Below, piece by piece: positions 58,297 to 64,000 of a DNA stretch of 64,000 nucleotides. Position numbers and translations under genes: made by a program. Below the pieces are notes generated by a model. It had not been told where the DNA came from. It saw only the letters and a program-made list of their open reading frames with translations, and made no database searches. The first letter of the stretch is position 1. Every line of letters begins with the position of its first letter. Source of the DNA: Amoebophrya sp. A120 (taxonomy: Eukaryota > Protista > Dinoflagellata); assembly GCA_905178155.1 (NCBI GenBank), contig CAJINV010000003.1:1900395-1964394 (forward strand). The letters are read 5' to 3'.

Positions 58297-59592
58297 TTTT
58301 GTGTTTGAAATTGAAGTAGAGGCTTTTGAAACGATGGATAAAGCCCGCAAGGTGAAAAGTTTATCTGCCCAAATTATTGATATCAAGAAACTCTTTATTC
58401 GTGCGCGAGCGTGGTGACTGCGACTCATATGGAATAGAGAAAAGCAGCTGCTGCTTCGCATTGTCACCAAATAACGCGCATCATGTTCTGAAAGATCGGG
58501 AGCGGGACGATGACGAAGACGATTGATAAGTAGCGATCATGAGGAACAACGACGAGCGACAAACGACGTATGCTTTGCGATCACGACTATTCGAGAAACG
58601 ATTCTTTTGCTGCCACTTTTGCGACACGGACAGTGTGTAGGTGCGATTTTATTTTGCGACACCCACGGCAACAAGAATAAGTGAACCTTTCCCCTTTGTT
58701 TCCGAGGCGGTTGTATTTCCCTCTTCTCCAACTAATCGAGTTTTGCGCCAATACCAAACTAGCTTGCAACGGCTATGCAACATGTGGCGCAGACGCATCT
58801 GCCACTATTTTTTGTTTTTGTGCTTTCCTTTCACCGTGATTTTTTCGACAATTGAGCTGTAGTTGTTTTCGTTGCGAATCAATCACATTCTCAGAAATTG
58901 TTTTTCCAAATCTTCCAACAGGAGGTACTCTTCGCCGGCAAGTAGTAACAACTTTTCGGTCATATCGGTGTGCATCGTGGGGGTACATCTGAGGGAAAAT
59001 CTTCATCTCTCTTTCCTCCGGGGACAGAGGCTGAATCCGAAAACAGAACCATAACTACCCGGCAGGTGCCGTGATGTTTTCTCTGTTTTTTCTGCATCTG
59101 CTGGATGCATTCGATAATGTATTGTACGTCGAAAGCGAAACAAGTATTTATATTTGAAATAATGGCGTTTTCTAAAGTTACAGTCAAGGCAACTAAGGAA
59201 ATGCACCAGGGGCACGTCGTGCTGTTGTATGATGTTGACTTAGAGACGCTGGTGGGACCCAACAAGTAGGCAGGGGCCCACCAGCAGTCGCGATTCGACT
59301 TCTTTGTTGCAGCTGCTAGAACTAGTATTTATTGCGGTGCAGAAACCGAGAAGTCGTCTACTTCCCTTATCTGCGCATGTAGTTGTGCAAACGGAACTAC
59401 GCAGACTACCGGGTTGTGCGCAATCACGCCACAATGCTGCGGAAGGACTCTTCATCGTAGCGGGCAATGACCACTGGAATGTCCGCCTCGCAGAGAACGT
59501 GGGCGGCAACGGATCCTGATAGAATTTGAGATGGATGATTTTCGAACGAAAATCGTTCCTTGAAACAAACAGATCAGATAGAGAAACTGCGC

Positions 59593-61950
59593 TCAACACT
59601 TACTGAGCGAACGTTGTGCAGACCACATCCACACCTCACTGTGCTGCCAAAAGAAATTGCAATAGGTACCGAGGTAGCTCTGCTTGGTTTTCAGCCGGGC
59701 CGCGTCGGTGCCAATGCACAACATGGAGCAATTGTTTTCGTCGGCGAAGGACAGAAGGTCCTTCGCTACCCCAGAGCCCGAGTTCCGCACGGTCTTGAAG
59801 TTCACCCGATCCAGCAACCGCTGTAGCTTCTCCTGTCGTGTAAGGCAGTCCTTCTGGTTGTGGATTTTCAGGCGCTGCGACCACTTCAGCGACCGCACGG
59901 CGGCGCGGAATTTCCGCGCCGCGTCTCCGGTAGAAGTAGACGTGGCCTGTGGTCCCGTAGCACCAACCGCCTCGTCGTCGCAGGAGGAAGACGAGGAAGA
60001 ATTGGAAGCGGTGGTACTCGCGGCACTGGCACTGTTCTCCTTGGCCTTTGAAGTTCCAGACCCTTTTGTCAACACTGTCGTCTTCTTGTAGCGCCCGGGT
60101 GTGGTGGCAGTACTGGTGACGGTTGTTTTCTCCGCTGCTACGTTGGAAGCCGTAGATGCGGTCTTGTTGGCACCTCTCGTCTTCGCCGGCTGTTTCGCTG
60201 CCACTGACCCTCGCCGGGAGGACGAAGCGGACACGGTTCCCGGGGTACCGGGGCGCGAGGAGCCGGGCGTGGTGGATTTTTTCGTCGTTTCCTTTTCCGT
60301 CGCAGTTGTTTCCTCCTCTGTTGTGGGAACTTTGCTAGCGTCTTCCTCGTCCTCGTCCCGCCACTGCAGGGGTTTCGTCGGCGAATGCTGCCATTCGTAG
60401 TTGGCTTTGATTTCCTCCCACGACTTGCCGCGGTCTTCCCACGACTTTCGTCTCGCCGCAATCGCGTCGTCCTCCTGCTTCTCGAGAAGCGCCTCGGTTT
60501 CCTGCTTTTGCAACGAGGCCCGGGCCCGGGATTCGCGGTCGGCCCGCTCCTCCGCACCCTCGTCGGTGTACAACACGTGGGCGAAAATCTTCTCGATCCA
60601 CAGTTTCCGGACATTCAGGTAGTGCGCCCGCAAATTGTCCTTCGCGGCCTCATTTTCGTATTCCTCCTCGTTCAGCACGTGCAGTAGCGTAATCCTGTCG
60701 TTCTTCTGCTGTACTGTGGATTTTTTCTGTCCTTTCTTGCCCGCCCCCACAGCACCTGCAGTAGTTCCCGACTTGTCGGGTAGTGCGGACTTCTCGATCC
60801 CCGAGATGCGCAGCGCGTCCACGAGCGCCTTTTCGGACCACGGCATCGTGTCGAAGCAGACCAGAATGTGGCACCCGCGGTCTTTTTGCTGGTTTTTCGC
60901 CCCTGGACTGCCGTCCGCATCTTCCAGCAACTGGGCGGGGGTCGCGAACACGTTGTACTTGTTGGCGCTGGAGGTACCCAGGCGCCGCTGCTGGAGCAGT
61001 TCCGACACAGACAAGTACTGTGCGAAAGCCGCTGGGTCAAACCGGTTCTTCACAATGATCATCGACGTCGACGCGTTTTGTAAACAGTAGTGGATGGACG
61101 AGGAAAGCAGAACGTCATCTACGGACTTGAAGCGACTACTGCCCTTGAACCCGAGGACCAAGAAATCCACGTACACGCTGTTGGTCGTCGCCTGTGGACC
61201 ACAATAGGTGATTTTCAGCACAAACGTGACGCAAGGTGGATGATCCCCTCTTGTCAGAACGGTGCAATCGATCTGGATCACGATCTGAGAAGAAAGATAA
61301 AACGAATAGCGTACTATCCCGAAAAAATCTACCTGCTCCTCCTGCTCGCTGCCTTCCGGCGTGGACTCCGGGATGCGAAAATTTTCGGTGGAAGACCCCC
61401 CGATGATCAAATCCAGTCCGCTGCTCACCACTCCTGGCTTCTCTGCCCCGGACAGAACGCGAGCCTGCGACCCCACCTTGTCCCCCGCACAGGGCAGCCC
61501 CGCGACGCTGGCCGGGACGTTGCAAGCAACCAGTTTCGCGGACTTCAGCGTGTAATCCAGCAAGACCTTCCCAATCGTCTCCACCCGGTTCTCCGCGCCG
61601 GCGGCAATTTCCCGGCGGGGCAGCAGGTGGGACCGGTACCGATGCGGACCCAGCACGACACCATGTCCGGAAAGCTCGCCCTCCAGCGTTTTCGCCTTGA
61701 AAGCGTACGGTAGCTTCGACTGCACCTCGGGGTCGTAAATGTGCAACACGTCCAGGGTGGCTTCCTTCTTGTGTTTCAGGAAAAAGTCCGTGCACAAATT
61801 CATCGCGTTGCGACTGGCCGTCGTGCCGTCGTACGCGATCACAAAAGACAGTTTCTCGTGCTTTCTCCCCCCACACCACTTCCGCACGGTGCTGCTGGTG
61901 ACGGCGGGCGTCGGCGGCGCGCTGCGCGGTCTCGAGGGGCTCGATGACAT
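59593..61950 (-). CDS. Universal stress protein (two USP domains with long insertions)
   Basis: FVIAYDGTTASRNA, LDVLHI and VDFLVLGFKG...MIIVK (USP 1). ILVCFDTMPWSEKAL, ITLLHV and VAKDLLSFADENNCSMLCIGT...YLGT (USP 2). Confidence 0.85.
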   Translation of the reverse strand: MSSSPSRPRSAPPTPAVTSSTVRKWCGGRKHEKLSFVIAYDGTTASRNAMNLCTDFFLKHKKEATLDVLHIYDPEVQSKLPYAFKAKTLEGELSGHGVVLGPHRYRSHLLPRREIAAGAENRVETIGKVLLDYTLKSAKLVACNVPASVAGLPCAGDKVGSQARVLSGAEKPGVVSSGLDLIIGGSSTENFRIPESTPEGSEQEEQVDFFGIVRYSFYLSSQIVIQIDCTVLTRGDHPPCVTFVLKITYCGPQATTNSVYVDFLVLGFKGSSRFKSVDDVLLSSSIHYCLQNASTSMIIVKNRFDPAAFAQYLSVSELLQQRRLGTSSANKYNVFATPAQLLEDADGSPGAKNQQKDRGCHILVCFDTMPWSEKALVDALRISGIEKSALPDKSGTTAGAVGAGKKGQKKSTVQQKNDRITLLHVLNEEEYENEAAKDNLRAHYLNVRKLWIEKIFAHVLYTDEGAEERADRESRARASLQKQETEALLEKQEDDAIAARRKSWEDRGKSWEEIKANYEWQHSPTKPLQWRDEDEEDASKVPTTEEETTATEKETTKKSTTPGSSRPGTPGTVSASSSRRGSVAAKQPAKTRGANKTASTASNVAAEKTTVTSTATTPGRYKKTTVLTKGSGTSKAKENSASAASTTASNSSSSSSCDDEAVGATGPQATSTSTGDAARKFRAAVRSLKWSQRLKIHNQKDCLTRQEKLQRLLDRVNFKTVRNSGSGVAKDLLSFADENNCSMLCIGTDAARLKTKQSYLGTYCNFFWQHSEVWMWSAQRSLSKC

Positions 61951-63223
61951 CTTTGAGTCAGTTCCAGCTTTTGGTAGACGGTTTATGGATCAGAAATTTT
62001 CTTCCTTCCCTGTCGCTAACCCTAACGCTATGCCTTAGTGGAAGCAAGTACAACCTGCTGGATACATCTCCACATGCATACCGAAGTTTTTCCACCGCGG
62101 AAATACTCTGCGCAGCTAAACTATGTTGAAAACGACGAGCCCCAGTCACGAATTTTCTTGTACCACCTGCTTTGCTACCCACGAAACATCGGAAACTTAC
62201 TACCGAGAGCAGTACCGAGCGTGAACCCCCGACACGACATACAGACTTTGCTTTTTCCACCCCGCACTGCAATAGTTCCCGCCGTTTTGAAGAATTTGGT
62301 TTTGTCATTGCTCTCTCATTCAGTTTCATACATAGGACGGCTCCAGTCACCATTTTAGAATTCAAGCAAGAGCTATACACGGCCTAGAATATTACGACAG
62401 CCACAACCCTCGCGTGGTTGTGGGGGGGGCGCATGCACTCAATGCACCTGAAAAGCGCAAACGGTCCATGCTCTTGGTGCCGCTTCTAATTTCCATTTCT
62501 TATACTCGGCATCGATCATAATATCGCACAAATCATACATGTTTAGATAGAAGACAGTCTTCCAACATTCACAATGACAATATTGAGTACATAGCAGCAA
62601 ATAAATTCTACTCAAGAACAAGAAGAATACAGACCAACACCAATCCTATGCAATAGCGAAAGGCACAATCGCATGGGCATGTGTTTAGAACGTAAGGTTA
62701 CGAAAGTGCAATTCGAAGCAATTTTCCTTAGCGTTAGGTTACGAACGAGTGAGACGTCAACATTCTAAAAATCAGTTTGGGAAATTGAACGTGAATAAAG
62801 CATCGACAACGAATAATATTCAATACAATGTACAGAGAATGGTGCTGCGGCGGCCATTATTGATACCCAGATCCAGGGAGAAAGATCCAGCTGCCAGTTT
62901 CACCCTGCTTCTCTAGGACAGCGATAGGGACCGCCACAGCCGACAGGTACGTAATTTAATTTTGCGCCAGAAAGCTGCTGGCTATTTTCGTCAATCTACA
63001 TCATACGACGCTTCAACTATAGGAATAGAAGCATTGAGCTTGGAGGTTGCCAACAGCTGCGTCACAGTGTCAGTGATTTTGTACTTTTACGAATCTGGAC
63101 GGACTTTTCCATGAAGCGGTGCAGTCGTTAAGCTTAAGTCGTGCTTACCACGTGTTCCATCTTTGCTTCTTGTAGTTTTTCTTTTTTATCTTCGTTACTG
63201 CAAATTCGTAGCTGATCCCTGTC

Positions 63224-64000
63224 TTACTTCGTTTGCAGGAAGATGTACTTCGCTACGAAGCCGCTGCTTGATTCGAAGACGCGGTCTTGTTGTACCTGCT
63301 GCAGCAGGAAGGACGAGGCCGTGGCGATGCTGGCGGGTCCTTCGGTGTAGTATTCGGTGACTAACACCTTGATGATCGCCGCCGTCGCGGACAAGACCAC
63401 GGCCGTCGCGACCACCAGAATGGTGGCCGCGTCTCCCCGGGGGCCAAACTGCTGCCGGACGAACGCCAGAAACTTGGCTCCGACGATGGCGGAAAAGAAG
63501 GAAACCGTTCCGTACCAGAGCGCGTAGGGCATCATGATGCGGTGCAGGAACATGTACTGGAACGTCGTCGACGTGGAGGTGAAAACGACGCACGAGGCAC
63601 TGGTGGCGATCGCGGTCGCGGGGTCGATTCCCATGTGCAGAAAGAAGGGCGAGAAGATCAGCCCGCCACCGATCCCAAACAACCCGCTACCGATGCCCGC
63701 AAAGGTCGCGACGGCCGGGAAGTGCCAACTAGGCATAACTTTTCGTGGGCTCGCAGAGGTGGAGATCCCATTCGAGGAGGATCTCGCGTCGGTTCGGATG
63801 TGCACCGTTTTGTTGATATTCTTCTGATAGTACCCGGTCTTGTTGCTTGTGGGGGGTATATTAATGTGCAGGTCGTTGTAAAAATTATCGGGAGCAGCAG
63901 AGCTGCTGCCAGGAGGGCGGAACAGCTGGTTCCGGTAGAAATAGGCTGTGCAGGTGAGTGAGCAAACCACCGGAATCGATATCCACAAGTAGGACATTGT
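63224..64000 (-). CDS. Sulfite exporter TauE/SafE family membrane protein, C-terminal part (5' end outside the window or spliced)
   Basis: FAGIGSGLFGIGGGLIFSPFFLHMGIDPATAIATS...FTSTSTTFQY is the TauE/SafE signature. Confidence 0.85.
   Translation of the reverse strand, partial: TMSYLWISIPVVCSLTCTAYFYRNQLFRPPGSSSAAPDNFYNDLHINIPPTSNKTGYYQKNINKTVHIRTDARSSSNGISTSASPRKVMPSWHFPAVATFAGIGSGLFGIGGGLIFSPFFLHMGIDPATAIATSASCVVFTSTSTTFQYMFLHRIMMPYALWYGTVSFFSAIVGAKFLAFVRQQFGPRGDAATILVVATAVVLSATAAIIKVLVTEYYTEGPASIATASSFLLQQVQQDRVFESSSGFVAKYIFLQTK

Noticed and set aside
58381-58528. TATCAA...TTGATA pair as a possible fifth element (also TATCAAAA at about 45240)
   Set aside because: The inverted match does not extend beyond 6 bp and there is no 5-bp direct repeat.

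Overview
Eukaryotic, gene-dense, intron-poor DNA. Every recognisable gene lies on the minus strand, and many proteins carry long low-complexity insertions. Recognisable products: a divergent protein kinase, a PDZ protein, a RING/TRAF-type zinc-finger protein, PEX1, a TPT/DMT transporter, VPS24/CHMP3, a tandem paralogue family, a giant Kir K+ channel, a two-domain universal stress protein and a TauE/SafE exporter. The main result is four 263-322 bp elements inserted in coding sequence (42492-42800, 43395-43716, 51540-51818, 56633-56895). They have TAT(C)...GATA terminal inverted repeats, 5-bp flanking direct repeats and a shared internal TTGTnATGC-type motif. Removing each element plus 5 bp re-joins the broken ORFs in frame, so they behave as transposon-derived introns (introners). 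Three cannot be given GT-AG ends. The one with the most decayed direct repeat has exact GT-AG ends. Ordinary GT-AG introns co-occur. Unidirectional genes plus IR/DR non-canonical introns suggest a Syndiniales dinoflagellate such as Amoebophrya (inference, no search run). A degenerate, repeat-rich stretch occupies about 37.6-42.0 kb.
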